A stretch of DNA of 64,000 nucleotides, taken from positions 45,384,001 through 45,448,000 of the forward strand of contig NC_042999.1 of assembly GCF_006345805.1 (NCBI RefSeq), in the 5' to 3' direction. Below are positions 12,957 through 26,129 of this stretch, piece after piece. The notes under the pieces are model-generated. The model ran no database searches and had not been told where the DNA came from. It saw nothing but the letters and a program-made list of their open reading frames with translations. The first letter of the stretch is position 1, and each line of letters begins with the position of its first letter. The stretch comes from Octopus sinensis. Taxonomy: Eukaryota. The position numbers and the translations under genes are program-made.

Positions 12957-13683
12957 CAGTGGTTGTCAACCAGGATCCATATGGCCCCTGAGGGATCGTA
13001 TTTGATTTTTGAGCACAGCAAAATAACAAACTGGTGATCCCCAATAATATTTTGAGGGCCCCTAAAAAAATTTTGCTCTTGATGTGTGTGCTGGTATGTA
13101 CTGCAAGAAACAGCTTCATTTCTTCTTCTAACATTTTACATGGTTCAACCTACATAAGTTAATACTCTTTTACTCTTTTATTTGTTTCAGCCATTTGACT
13201 GTGGCTATACTGGAGCACCGCTTTTAGTCGAGCAAATCGACCCCAGGACTTATTCTTTGTAAGCCTAGTACTTATTCTAACGGTCGCTTTTGCTGAACCA
13301 CTAAGTTACAGGGACGTAAACGCACCAGCATCGGTTGCCAAGTGATGTTTGGGGAGACAAACACAGACACAAACATATACAGATATACGACGGGCTTTTT
13401 TCAGTTTCCGTCTACCAAATTCACTCACAAGGCTTTGGTCGGCCCGAGGCTACTGTAGAAGACACTTGTCCAATGTGCCACGCAGTGGGACTGAACCTGG
13501 AACCATGTGGTTCATAAGCAAGCTACTTACCACACAGCCACTCCTGTGTGAGAAACAAAATAGGAATTTTGAAAGAAGTGTCTATAAAACTAGTCGATAA
13601 ACACAGAATGGTTATGGGGGCCCACCAGAATAAAACAATAATCAAAGGGATCCACAGATAAAAAAAAATTGCTGAGAAACCCT
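12957..13683. mobile_element. hAT (Charlie-like) MITE interrupted by a SINE
   Basis: Ends CAGTGGTTGTCAACC ... GCTGAGAAACCCTG are imperfect inverted termini of the CAGtGgTTcTCAA type. Confidence 0.6.
13163..13547 (-). mobile_element. SINE family B
   Basis: Full family B structure with a short internal spacer. Confidence 0.9.
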
Positions 13684-14477
13684 GTACTAGACTGACTGGA
13701 GCTACCAATTATTAAAAGTTTTTTTCTGTGTTGTCCAGAGGCATTTGCACATTTAGGAACTGTTAGCTGTTCTGTATTAGGCTCTAAATTACTTGCTTTA
13801 TTGAAACTTCTCAATGTTTACAATGTTAAACATTTCCAGTGAAGACTGGTTTTATCACCATTGTATATTTGATCAACTGTAAGATTATTTTCCTTGACAA
13901 GTTCATCAAATGTTATGCCATACACGTATAGCCACTTCTGAGTCTGCCAGCAATGTCCATTATTTTTCGCCAGTCAGTGTCCATTTTCCGATACCACAAA
14001 GTATCTTAAATTTAGTCAAGCAAGAAATCAATAAAAGTTTCCAAATCCATTCTCTCATTAAAATCTTTAGCCTTTGGCTAAATTTATAGGTTCAGATATA
14101 GTTACACTCTCCAATTGCTTCAATGAAAATCACTCATGCAATATTTTATTGAAATTTTTACTTGTTGCTTCATGCACATTTCTTCTGTCTGCTATTTTAC
14201 TGTTAGGCTCAGAAGATGCAGTAAAATCTAAAAGCTATTCTTTTGAGTTCTTACTATCAGATACAGTTGAAGATCAGATATGATATATAGAAGAAAACGT
14301 GACATCCAAACTAACCATGATTATATTGAAGAGTTATAGGTGAGAGTTTATCTAAATAATAGCTATATCTATCTTTGTAGGATCAGACACATGTTCACTT
14401 TGCAACCATCATAAGGTGGCTAATGTCTTCTGAATGGAATTTGATAGACAAGAGCTGTCTTCCAATCAAGCCAATCA

Positions 14478-14492
14478 ATATATATATATATG

Positions 14493-14548
<56 letters not shown>

Positions 14549-14796
14549 GTGTGTGTGTGTATATATATGTTTGTATATATATATCTATATATATATATAT
14601 ATATATAACGGGAAGCTTTATAAAAATAAACAAAAGACGAAGGCAGGTGGAAAAATATATATACATATATATATTATATATACCTACATATATATATATA
14701 TATATATATATATACCTATATATATATATATACATACATATATATATACATATATATATATATACATATATATATACATACATATAAATATATATA
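14478..14796. repeat. (TA)n-rich microsatellite block
   Basis: Directly visible. Confidence 0.9.
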
Positions 14797-15045
14797 TCAT
14801 CATCATCATCATCATCATCATCATTTAACGTCCGTTTTCCACGCTAGCACGGGTTGGACGGTTTCGACCGGGGTCTGGGGAGCTCGGGACTGCCCCAGGC
14901 TCCAGTCTAGTCTGGCAGTGTTTCTACAGCTGGATGCCCTTCCTAACGCCAACCACTCCGCGAGTGTAGTGGGTGTTTTTTACGTGCCACCTGCACAGGT
15001 GCCAGAGGGGTCTGGCATCGGCCACGTTCGGATGGTGCTTTTTAT
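14797..15045 (-). mobile_element. SINE family C
   Basis: (CAT)n-TTAACGTCCGTTTTCC...GGATGCCCTTCCTAACGCCAACC. Confidence 0.85.
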
Positions 15046-15524
15046 GGGGGGGTGCAGAAATATAGGGGAGCACCAGTGGGAGGGATGGTTCAGAGGACAG
15101 GTACTAGGCAAGTAGAACGTAGGATACCGAGAGAGGGGAGAGGGTATGCATGGTGAAATAGCGTATTGAAGAGGGGGCTTCAAATAGTAGACACCTATAA
15201 TGGTGGTGGGGGGGTGCAGAAATATAGGGGAGCACCAGTGGGAGGGGTGGTTCAGAGGACAGGTTCTAGGCAAGTAGAACGTAGGATATCAAGAGAGGGG
15301 TAATGCATGGTGAAATAGCGTATTGAAGAGGGGGGTTCAAAGAGTAGACACCTATAATGGTGGTGGGGGGGTGCAGAAATATAGGGGAGCACCAGTGGGA
15401 GGGGTGGTTCAGAGGACAGGTTCTAGGCAAGTAGAACGTAGGATATCGAGAGATGGGTAATGCATGGTGAAATAGCGTATTGAAGAGGGGGGTTCAAAGA
15501 GTAGACACCTATAATGGTGGTGGG
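15046..15524. repeat. GC-rich minisatellite, 3 units of about 157-162 bp
   Basis: Units start with GGGGGGGTGCAGAAATATAGGGGAGCACC at 15046, 15208 and 15365. Confidence 0.9.
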
Positions 15525-15833
15525 AGAAACGACATCCGGTATAGTTGGAGCAAAATAGAGATATTCGGTATTGGTGGTGGGGGTGGGTAGGGCGGGCACG
15601 CCGCGAAGAATCGGCAGCCAATTTCTATCAGCCCTGTAAGGAGAATAGATCTTAAATATCTATAACGATAACTAGTGAATTATACAGAATATGCAAAAAC
15701 GAGGCGAGGCTGAAATAGTAAACAGAGTGGCGTCTAGGGGGATCAGAATAATAATAATTAATAAATAATAAAAATAAATAGAAATACAGGATGAATTAAA
15801 GTTCAAGGATTTCTTATCTTGGGATCACTTCAT

Positions 15834-16038
15834 ATCATCATCATCATCATTTAGCGTCCGTTTTCCATGCTAGCATGGGTTGGACGGTTCAACTGGGGTC
15901 TGGGGAGCCCGAAGGCTGCACCAGGCCAGTCAGATCTGGCAGTGTTTCTACAGCTGGATGCCCTTCCTAACGCCAACCACTCCGAGAGTGTAGTGGGTGA
16001 TTTTATGTGCCACCGACACAGGTGCCAGACACAGGTAC
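15834..16038 (-). mobile_element. SINE family C
   Basis: Same motifs as the 14797 copy; followed by (TA)n and (GATA)n. Confidence 0.85.
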
Positions 16039-16040
16039 TT

Positions 16041-16075
<35 letters not shown>

Positions 16076-16121
16076 TATATATATATATATATATAATATA
16101 TATATATATAGATAGATAGAG

Positions 16122-16207
<86 letters not shown>

Positions 16208-16952
16208 ACAGACATGCACACATTTACACATACACAAATATATACATATATGTGTGTGTATATGCACATGTATATACACATACAGAATCATACATGCACA
16301 CATAAATACATATATACATAAATACAAACATGCGCAAATATTAACCTATAAATATGTGTGCAGTTACATACACATACACATAAATACAAACATACACACA
16401 TACCTACATACTTATATACACACATGTATACACAAACATATATACATATATACATATAAATACTATCCTCATTTAATACTGGCATTATATATACACACAT
16501 ATAATGCCAGTATTCTTACATATCAGTTATAGTTTTCAGTTAGAGAGGAACATGAATTTGAAGTGTTGAAGTGATTTGTAAATTTTGTGTATACATGTGG
16601 AGATTTAATCTGAATTTTTCTTTCATATATTTGAGTTTAATATATTTAATATATTAGGGTTTAAGATTTCAAGAGATTCTGTGGTGCATAACTGACATGG
16701 TTTAAAGTTATTGGAGTACAATTTGGAGGAGAAGAAGAGAACTAATACTTTATATTATAGGGGTTGAACTGATGGCAGAAACTCATCAAGAACACACCCC
16801 AAATCTTGGTTCAACTTCAGTTTGGAACACTCCACACCTGACATACTCTCCTCCTTTTCCACTGAAAGGAAAATGCAGAGAACAAAGACAACTCTTCTCT
16901 GTTGCTTTCATTGGCTTCATAAAGGCAATCAACCTAAGAAGAAGAGGCAGTA

Positions 16953-17264
16953 GTCTTTTATTCTTTTACTTGTTTAAGTCATTTGACTGCTGCCATGCTG
17001 GAGCACCGCCTTAAAGATTTTTGTAGTCAAAGAAATCAACGCCCAGAACTTATTCTTTGTAAGCCTCATACTTATTCTGTCGGTTTTCCTTTTCTGAACT
17101 GCTAAGTTATGGGGACGTAAACACACCAGCCTCAGTTGTCAAGCGATGGTGAGGAGACAAGCACAAATACAAGAACACACACATAAATACATACATATAT
17201 ACATAATACATACATACATACATACATACATACATACATACATGCATACATACATACACACACG

Positions 17265-17303
<39 letters not shown>

Positions 17304-17451
17304 GAAAGGATTCTTTCAGTTTCCATGTACCAAATTCACTCACAAGGTGTTAGTCAGCCTGTGGCCATAGTAGAAGACACTTGCCCAAAGTGCCATGCAG
17401 TTGGACTGAACCCAGAACCTTGTGGTTGGGAAGCAAGCTTCTTACCACACA
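16953..17451 (-). mobile_element. SINE family B
   Basis: Full family B structure with (CATA)n(CA)n insert. Confidence 0.9.
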
Positions 17452-17569
17452 TGTTCTTTGGACATGTTCTTTGTAGATCATGCATTGTTGGTAATACACT
17501 TTGAGGAGTAACTGTAACACCATATGTACAGTTTTTCAAAGAAATCAACCTGAGACCTTTGGTGATATA

Positions 17570-18075
17570 CTGAGAAGGCCCATCAAGCCAAGTGAAATCG
17601 TAGTCATGGTTGATGCTGGTGTTACATAACTGGCACCCATGCTAGTGGCATGTAAAAAGCACCTTTCAAGCATTAGATCTCATGGAGGCAAAGTGGCTGA
17701 GCTCCTTTTGAGTGTTGGACCTCATGGAGGCAAAGTGGCTGAGCTCCTTTTGAGTGTTGGGCCTCACAGAGGCAATGACCAAGACCTTTGGCATTATGTC
17801 ATGCTTGAGAAAAAGACTCATCAAGTCAAGTAGAATCACAGTCGTGGCAGATACTGGTGTCATGCAAATGGCACCCATGCCTGTGGCACATAAAAGTACC
17901 CATTACACTTTAAGAGTGGTTGGCATTAGGAAGGGTATCCCAGCCATAGAAACCACACCAAATCTGATTGGAGTCTGGTGTAGCTTTCCAGCTTACCAGC
18001 CCTGGTCAAACCATCCAATCCATGCCAGCATGGACAATGGGTGTTAAATGATGATAATGATGATAATGATGATGA
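17570..18075 (+). mobile_element. SINE family C (long form, small internal duplication)
   Basis: Family C 3' motifs and GAT tail. ACCTCATGGAGGCAAAGTGGCTGAGCTCCTTTTGAGTGTTGG is duplicated at about 17680-17760. Confidence 0.75.
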
Positions 18076-18093
18076 TATAAATATATATTCAAG

Positions 18094-18188
<95 letters not shown>

Positions 18189-18229
18189 GGCTGATAGATT
18201 TCTTTGGTGTTTAGTGTGTGAAGACAGAG

Positions 18230-20200
18230 AAGATTGCATCAAAATTGAGTAAGGAACTTGAAACAATTAAGATTATTAGAATGTGGTATTAGTAATATTC
18301 CTCTAATGGAAACACAACATTGAAAAGTCTGTAATTAACAGTGAAAAAAATCTTACATTAAAAAATATTCTAGAATTCACAACCTCATCTGAACCTTACG
18401 ATAATATTGCTAAAAGGAAAAGTTAACATTTGGCCTAAATTAAAATCTCAATAATGTTTTGTCCAAATGGCTTTTATTAAAATGATCAGAAGGTATAGCA
18501 ATTACTGGACTGATGCTTATTGCCAAAGCAAATCCATTTAAAAAGTAAATGAACATTGAATCATGGTGAGCATTTAGTGATGGATGGTTTAGGAATTTTA
18601 AGACTTGTCATGGTATTAGACTGTTAGATACTGCTAGAAAGTGACAGTCAGATGATACACAGGTAGCAACAAAAAATGTGCAACACCTGTCACAATCTGT
18701 AAATGACTAGGATTTCATAGCTTAACAAATCTCTCTATATATAAAGCTGAAGTTGTCTGTGTGGCAGGTTTGGTAGTCTTCAACTAACACTATCTCCTCC
18801 GAGACCCTGTGGCGCAAGTTGACCAACATTAAGAGTATGATAGAAGAAGGCTTGCCCTTCATTCCGTAGAATAAAAAAATTCAAATTGGACCATGTTAAC
18901 ACCAAAAGTTATTTACATCAAAAAGGTGCTTTTTTTCTATGAAAATCCCTATTTTTTACGATTTTTTACTGCTGTGTCGCCATTTTTCGGTATATTTCAA
19001 CCAGAAAAATGTTCACAAGCTACATAATGCAAAATTTTTACTTTCCAAAAATTCCAATTGTAAAGGGTCGAAACAAATCCTAGCAATGCCGGGCAATACT
19101 GCTAGTGTATAATAATGATAAAAGAATACTTAACTGGAAGTGTTTGACCACAAAAATTTGAATAATCATTGAATGAAAGATAATGGAGGTTAAGATATGA
19201 AAAGACTAACTACTCTTACATATGCTAACGTTTCAAATCAGTATAAAACTGAGCTTTTGGTGATTGGCAAATTTAAGTGTTCATGATCCCTTAAGAGAAT
19301 TGCACATATAGCAGTAAACTATAAAACCTCAGAGAGATTACTTGAATGGATAAAGACATATTTTGTGGTTGGTTTGTTCATGATTTTGTTCCATCACTTT
19401 CTCAGAAACCTGCAGGAAGCCTGTGAATACAAAGTGTCTGTTACTTCTTGCCAACTGTAAGGGTCAGCCACATGAATCAGAACTAATGTCTGATTGAGGA
19501 GTATTTATACATGCTACTTGCCATCACATGTAGCATTATTGATTCTGCCCATGGATTGGATTAATGTGTTGTTAGGAACTTTAAATGTCTCTGTGAAAAT
19601 GATTTTATGGTGGAAATAATGAATACAAATGTCAATCCTTTAGAATTTCAACACGGCTTTATGATCAAAGATGCAATATTTGCACTTGTGATTACACGGA
19701 GTGCAGTCAAGTGTGAAACATCTTTTAAGGGAGTAGTGAAAGTTAGGACCAAATGTGATGTTTGCAGATGCAGTGAATGATCAATATAAAGATTTTGAAG
19801 GCTTCCATATAAAGCTGAGGGTATCTGATGTGAAAGTGAAACTGTTTAATTATTTCTGGAAGACAACCCTCAGTGTAAACTTAATGCTGCTGAGATAAAA
19901 GAGTGGATACATAATAGAGATGATTTTGAAGTTGCAGCCACTCTCCCTGATGAAGAAGTTTGAGAGAATTACAACTCCTGATAAAGATGAAGAAAATTAT
20001 TCTGAAGAACCTGGTGAAGAAGATAACAAATTCGAAGAAAGAACATCATTGGTTCATGCAGAAATCTGTACTGAAGTGGTCAATAAATTTGGTAAGAGAA
20101 CCATATCTTCAGCCTTCGAAATATTACACTTGTACACATAGAGTGAAATAATCTTATCACAAAGAAATTACCAAGTTGTAAACAAGGTGATATTTGAAAA
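18230..20200 (+). mobile_element. Decayed Tigger/pogo transposase, interrupted by a Helitron
   Basis: SDGWFRNFKTCHGIRLL (CENP-B HTH, about 18575-18630), WFVHDFVPS (about 19370), and an acidic C-terminal region at about 19950-20050. Confidence 0.75.
18730..19105 (+). mobile_element. Non-autonomous Helitron
   Basis: 5' TC start (TCTCTCTATATATAAAGCTGAAG), 3' GC-rich hairpin then CTAG, inserted between A and T with no TSD. A second copy lies at 43336. Confidence 0.85.
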
Positions 20201-21323
20201 TATTTAACCCTTTTGATACCAAAGCCATCTGAGACCACCTATGGCTTGATGATAAAAACTTCTCATTTCAAAATGATCTACATTAAAACCATCAATCAAA
20301 ATTTCGTGTCAATTTATGTTCCTGACACCATCTTAATAACGACAAAGTTATTTTACTAAACTCTTTATTATTTTAGATTAATTCGTACAAAGGTAGTGAG
20401 GATAGCAGATGATAAAGAAGTTATAGAAATGAGTGAATGAATTTGTTCATTGTTTTGTATTTTTGTACTTTGTATGAAAATGTGTTGTGGATCTTTTTGG
20501 TTTAACACACTAGTTCCAATTTTATTGAAAATTTCTGCACAGATGTAGTTTTTTTTGTGTTATTACAAAAATCCCAACCATCTTTTTTTTTTTTTTTTGA
20601 GAAATTAATAACAAAACTTTTCATAACGTTTTTATCATTTATTTTTCCAAAGTTAGTTGTGAATTTTGTAATTGACATACAAAGCAGCATCTGTGTACAA
20701 ATTTTCAATAAAACTGAAACTGAAAAGATTCTGTTTCATTAATAAACTAAAAATAAAAATAATCAATTTGCATAAAATAACATCTACTTTTATTTTTTAT
20801 CGTATTCTCTTTTGCTACATACATTTCTTTAAACAGAATTTAAAGCATTATATCCCCTTTGTCTTTGTTGAGAATAAAAACAATCGCTTGAATTTTTGTC
20901 AAGTGTTGAGTTTATTTTTCTTTAAAACTGTTTGTATAAATGAATCAAATAATATTTACTGAAGAATAAACTACCAAAATTTACCTAATTATCTCTTTAT
21001 CTTTCTGTAAATTTGATTATTAAAAGTACTGTCTGTGAATCTGGAAAAGCCCTAAATCTAGGCCAAACTCAATCCTTAAGCAGTATGGCATTTCAAGCTT
21101 GTACAGTGTTTGTATGTGCATATATATATATATGATTCATCCAAACATGAACAAAGAGAAAACACAATGCGAGGACGTGGAACAAGTGTAGTGTTATTGG
21201 ACGCTCAGGAAAGGAAAGAAAGGAGGATTTAATGTTTCAAGTGGAGCTCTTTGTCAGAAACATAGGAAAGGCCCAAGGAAGGGAAGATGGAGAAAGAAAA
21301 TCACCAACAATACACACGCGGTC

Positions 21324-21392
<69 letters not shown>

Positions 21393-21844
21393 GTATATAT
21401 ATGTATGTATGTATGTATGGATGGATGGATGGATGGATGCATACATATCCTCTTTCTCCTCCTTGTCATCATCATCATCATTGTCATCGCCAGCATAATT
21501 TAATGTCTGTCTTCTATGCTGGCTTGGTTGAAAGGTTAGAAAAGATCCAAAAGGACTGAAGACTGCACCCTACACCCATGTTACCGATACAGTCTTATGT
21601 AGCCTGTGCTACAGAGGTGATTGATACTTTCATCTCCTTTCCTGCAGATCAAAGAGGCCAAGGAACAGAAGAAAGAAGAAGAAGAAGAAGAAGAAGAAAA
21701 AGATGTGCACCCAACACAAGAGCTGAAGACACCTCCAAAAGAGCGGGGGGCCACCATGTCAAAACGGTAGAGGAGTAGGAGCTGAAACCGGACGTGGTTC
21801 CTCCTGATGATGTCTTGAGCTAACTGGATCCTATAAAGGAGCTG

Positions 21845-24478
21845 TTGTAGTTGCAGACCATGAAACATGGTTGAAATTCCTACAGCTACTGTGTGACTGA
21901 ATTTTGTCAATCTTTACCTTTATCAGATTTGTTCTAAGCACTTGTTCCTGAGCAGCTCTAGTCAGCAATTTGGTCTCTTGTTTCAGGTTCCTGTCCATCA
22001 GCCAGAGCCAACATTCTTTACATCCAATATTCTCAGTTTGTTGCATGAATTGACCATATAATTCTATTTCTTTCCATTTGTTTGTTCTGTTGTTCTTCCG
22101 TCTCTGAGTTCCCCAACTGTTTTAGTCACTCTTGGGGAAATCTCTAACTGCTGATAGTATTCTTTCTTTATTCTGCACAACATAATTTCTCAATCCAATA
22201 TTACGCTACTAATAGTGTCTACTGTGTTTAATAATCCTCTGCTTCCTTCCTTTCTTGACAGGCAGAGTTTATCTGTGTTGCTTTTAGGGTGGTGACTGTT
22301 GTGCATTGTGAGCAGCTTTCTAGTTCTTCTATCTGAGTTCTATAGCTAAGCCTTTGTTCATTTCAGAAAGGGAGCAGATTATCTTGATAATGGAATAGGC
22401 CATGCATTTATTGCTTAATGATATTCCCTCCATTTAATTTTGTTTTCAGCTCCTTCCTACTTCTCCTCTTGTACTCTTTTGAGTTTTTTCCCTCTAATTT
22501 CACCTTCCAACATTCTATCATCTTGCAGCACCCCTAAATATCTGTACCCCTCATTATTTCACTGTGATCTAATGACATTGTCTTGTGGTAATTTTGTCTT
22601 CAGAATTTATCTTCTGGTCTCTCTTCAAACTGCATTTCAATATCTCTGCTGAATATATTTAAGGTTTAGATCAAAGAATCCAGGTCTTTCTCATTTTTGC
22701 ACATACTTTGAGGTCATCTATACAAAGCAGGTGTTTTATTTTCACCTTGGTTTTGGTAAACTAATAGGCAGGCCTGGATTTTCTTAATATACTTGTTTGA
22801 GAAATTAATTAAATGAAGAAGAGTAGTCGAGAGAGCAGGTCTCCCCAGAAAATGCCCCTGTGTATTTTTATATTTCCTAGTGATTCATTTTCACATGTCA
22901 GTTCTACTTCCCACACTCTTATTGCATCTTTCAAAAAGCTGTTTATCTTTTCATTGACTCTGTGAATCCTTAGGCACTCCAAGAGCCAGCTGTGTTGAAC
23001 ATTGTTACACAGCTTCCTGTAATCTATGCATCAGTTAATTCTTCTCTCATACTTGCATTTCATTTAATAATCTTCTATCTACATATATCAAACCAGCAGT
23101 CTCCCTTGATCTCTTTCTACATCCTTTTTGCTACTCTGGAAATAAATTTTCCTTTTCTACAAAATTATATACTTCATCTACCCTGAGGTCAATTAATAAC
23201 TGCCAGAATAATAGTAAACAAGTAACAGGCCTACAATTGCTGACATCCCTCTCCTTTTTCTGTACCGATACAGTATCAGCATTATCATTCAACTCGTCAT
23301 CTGTGGTGGCATTCCATTTTCTATGCAGCCAATAAAAAACAGTTGTATTGGGTTGTCTGGAAAGTTTGTACTGATTTATAGTAGTTTACCTTTCGACTTA
23401 TTTTAGAACATGGTCGAGTCCAGAAAATAGGATTTGACTACACCTCCATTTAGTGCACAGTTTAAGCTATCTTTTCAGGGAAGAAGGTTTATGTTCCTAT
23501 AACCTGTGTTAATTCTGTAATCCTTTAAAATGGAAGATAAGAAAGTTCATTTTCAGCACTTGATGCTTTGGGAACCAGACAAAAGTTGCTGCAGCTCGGC
23601 TAGGATGTGTTACTCCACCTTCCTTATTCACCAGATATTGCTCCTTCGGATTTCCACTTATTCAGTTCTCTGTAGAATAGTCTTAATGGTAAAAATTTCA
23701 ATTCCTTGTATGACGTAAAGAGATACCTTGATGAATTCTTTGCTATGAAACCACCTCAATTCGAGGAGGAGGGTATTTTCAAGTTAAAGGAAAGATGGAG
23801 ACGCATTGTGCAACAAAATGGTTCATATTTGGTTGATTAAAAATGTTATGACAAGTATTTAGAGACCTTTTACTTTCCTTTAAAAATCGGCAAGAACTTT
23901 CCGGACGACCCAATATATAACTGTACGTATTTGGGAAATTTTTGAGCCAGAATCCCTTAACAACCTCAAGAGTTTTCCAGTGTGGTACTTTCTTGATTAT
24001 CTCTTTTATTTTCTTATCTGTAATTGCTATATTTATATTTTCTTGCATCACTCCAACTTCTATTTTTTCTTTCAAATTCTGCAACCAGTCTGCTTTTATA
24101 TTCTTTTGGACTTCTTGCTCCAAATTTCTGCCCTGAATTTTCTTGCTGCTTCAGTGTCTGGAATATCATTCCACCAATGCTCCTCCTCATTGTTCAGTCA
24201 TTTATAGAATTTCTCAAAGGCGCTATTCTCCTGGTGATTTATTTTCACTGATTTGTTCTCTGTTGGTATCTGTTTCTTCCAGCTGACACTGCTTTTAATC
24301 TTTTTGTCTTTGTTCTTCTTTAACTACCAGTAGTCCTTTGTATCTTCTGTTGCCCTTTCTTTGCTGTTCATTCCTGTGGCTTTCCCTCACTCTCTTCCTG
24401 TCTATAACTGCATATATCAGTTCAATATCTCTCTTGAGTTGTTTCATTTGGTTCTCTGCATTTTGTCCATCTCTATGT
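21845..24478 (-). mobile_element. R4/Dong-like LINE, decayed reverse transcriptase region
   Basis: Minus-strand motifs KKVPHWK...GFWLKNF, IHRGIFWGDLLS, HLLCIDDLKV and LKQETK...AAQEQVLRTN. Interrupted by a mariner. Confidence 0.85.
23348..23913 (+). mobile_element. Internally deleted mariner element
   Basis: TIRs TTGGGTTGTCTGGAAAG / CTTTCCGGACGACCCAA flanked by TA. N-terminus MEDKKVHFQHLML fused to a C-terminal LPYSPDIAPSDFHLF motif. Confidence 0.9.
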
Positions 24479-24630
24479 TCTGTGTTCAAATTCTACCAAG
24501 GTTGACTTTGGCTTTCATCCATTTCGAGTTCAATAAAATAAGTATCAATCAAGAACTAGTGCTGATATATTTGACTTAACTCCTCCCACAAAATTGCTGG
24601 CCTTATTCCTATACCAGAAAGGGTCATTAG
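24478..24630 (+). mobile_element. SINE family A (partial)
   Basis: Body and ATT tail of family A. Confidence 0.65.
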
Positions 24631-24999
24631 TATTACTAGCTGACCCTGTGTCATCAAACGTTATGGCTAATTGTAGTATTTTATATATAAAAAGGGTACA
24701 AAATGGTGAAAAAAAAAATCAAACAGTGCTTCAACTCTGTGTGAGTGTGTGTGTGTGTGTGTATCTGTGCATATGTATACATTTATATGTATGAGTAGCA
24801 CAGTCTGTAGTGAACACAACTTTCTATACTTTGTCACAGCCTGCATCCTTCCTTTTAAGTAAGCTTGCTTATATATATATATATATATGTGCGTGTGTGT
24901 GTATGTGTTTAAATGAGCATGTGTCTGTAATTCTATTTTCTATATATCTTTCTAAATAAACATACACAAACACATATACACTCACTCAAATATTATTAG

Positions 25000-25472
25000 T
25001 CTTTTACTCTTTTACTTGTTTCAGTCATTTGACTGTGGCCATGCTGGAGCACCGCCTTTAGTCGAGCAAATCAACCTCAAGACTTATTCTTTGTAAGCCT
25101 AGTACTTATTCTATCAGTCTCTTTTGCCAAACTGCTAAGTTACAGAGATGTAAACACACCACCATCGGTTGTCAAGCGATGTTGGGGGGACAAACACAGA
25201 CAATCAAACATATACACATACATACACATATACAATGGGCTTCTTTCAGTTTCTGCCTACACAAACACACACACACACACACACACATACACATATATAC
25301 ATATATACAATTGGCTTCTTTCAGTTTCTGTCTACCAAATTCACTCACAAAGCTTTGGTCGGCCCGAGGCTATAGTAGAAGATACTTGCCCAAGGTGCCA
25401 CACAGTGGGACTGAACCCGGAACCATGTAGTTGGTAAGCAAGCTACTTACCACACAGACACTCCTATGCCTA
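25000..25472 (-). mobile_element. SINE family B
   Basis: Full structure with a short duplication around the internal microsatellite. Confidence 0.9.
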
Positions 25473-26129
25473 TCTTATGTAATATTTTATATTTATTGTA
25501 TAATACTTTATATTTATGCCATTTACTATATATTTGATGCTTTGGGAAGCATTCCTCACACAATACCTTCTATACAATCAACGTTTAATTCCTCGGACTT
25601 CCAATCTGATACACTAACATCACTGACTTGCTTAGTTTCTGCAAACTGTCAAAAATTCAATGTATCTATGATGCCTTCCCTAAATACAGCCATTCATTTG
25701 TACATCTGCACTAAATATTCCGATAATACAATATTTTTTCTACAGACACTCATGGACTTACATACTGAATAGCTACTTCGTGAATACATTGATTATGACT
25801 AATGAATTTTCTTATTATATTTTAATTATAATCTAATTACACATTACTTTCTAATTTATATTTTGCAAAATCTCATTTGGTATCATTTCACTTCTTTCTT
25901 CTTTATTTTTATCTCTATCCTTCACCTTATCTTATCTTACTTTGCATTATTTTATTTTATTTCAGATAATTATATTTCATTGTAGTTCTAATCTATATCT
26001 TATTTTTGAGTTATCTGGAATTATCTATTCACATATCTTATTATTCTACTCATCTTAATTTATTTAAAGTACCACCTTCATTAAACTGCCTTGGATCTCT
26101 TTTCTTCTCTTCTCTCTGTATTTTATATA

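Larger units (their letters stand above)
10780..14450 (-). mobile_element. Fragmented Tigger/pogo (TIGD/Jerky-like) transposon
   Basis: Collinear minus-strand pieces: IYNGDKTSLHWKCL and LTVPKCANASGQHRKKLLIIG (13700-13900), YKDWFTHRLASVV (about 12860-12910), IHNFKCHYRNDFMK (about 11600), and the C-terminus near 11000. Split by younger insertions. Confidence 0.8.

Noticed and set aside
14478-14796. Irregular interruptions in long (TA)n tracts, here and at 39700, 41170 and 55030
   Set aside because: Single-base slips in such tracts are as likely to be sequencing or assembly error as biology.
16762-17014. Open frame after a possible acceptor (MAETHQEHTPNLG...)
   Set aside because: There is no donor, the frame runs into a SINE, its phase is incompatible with the 10417 candidate, and no homology was recognised.
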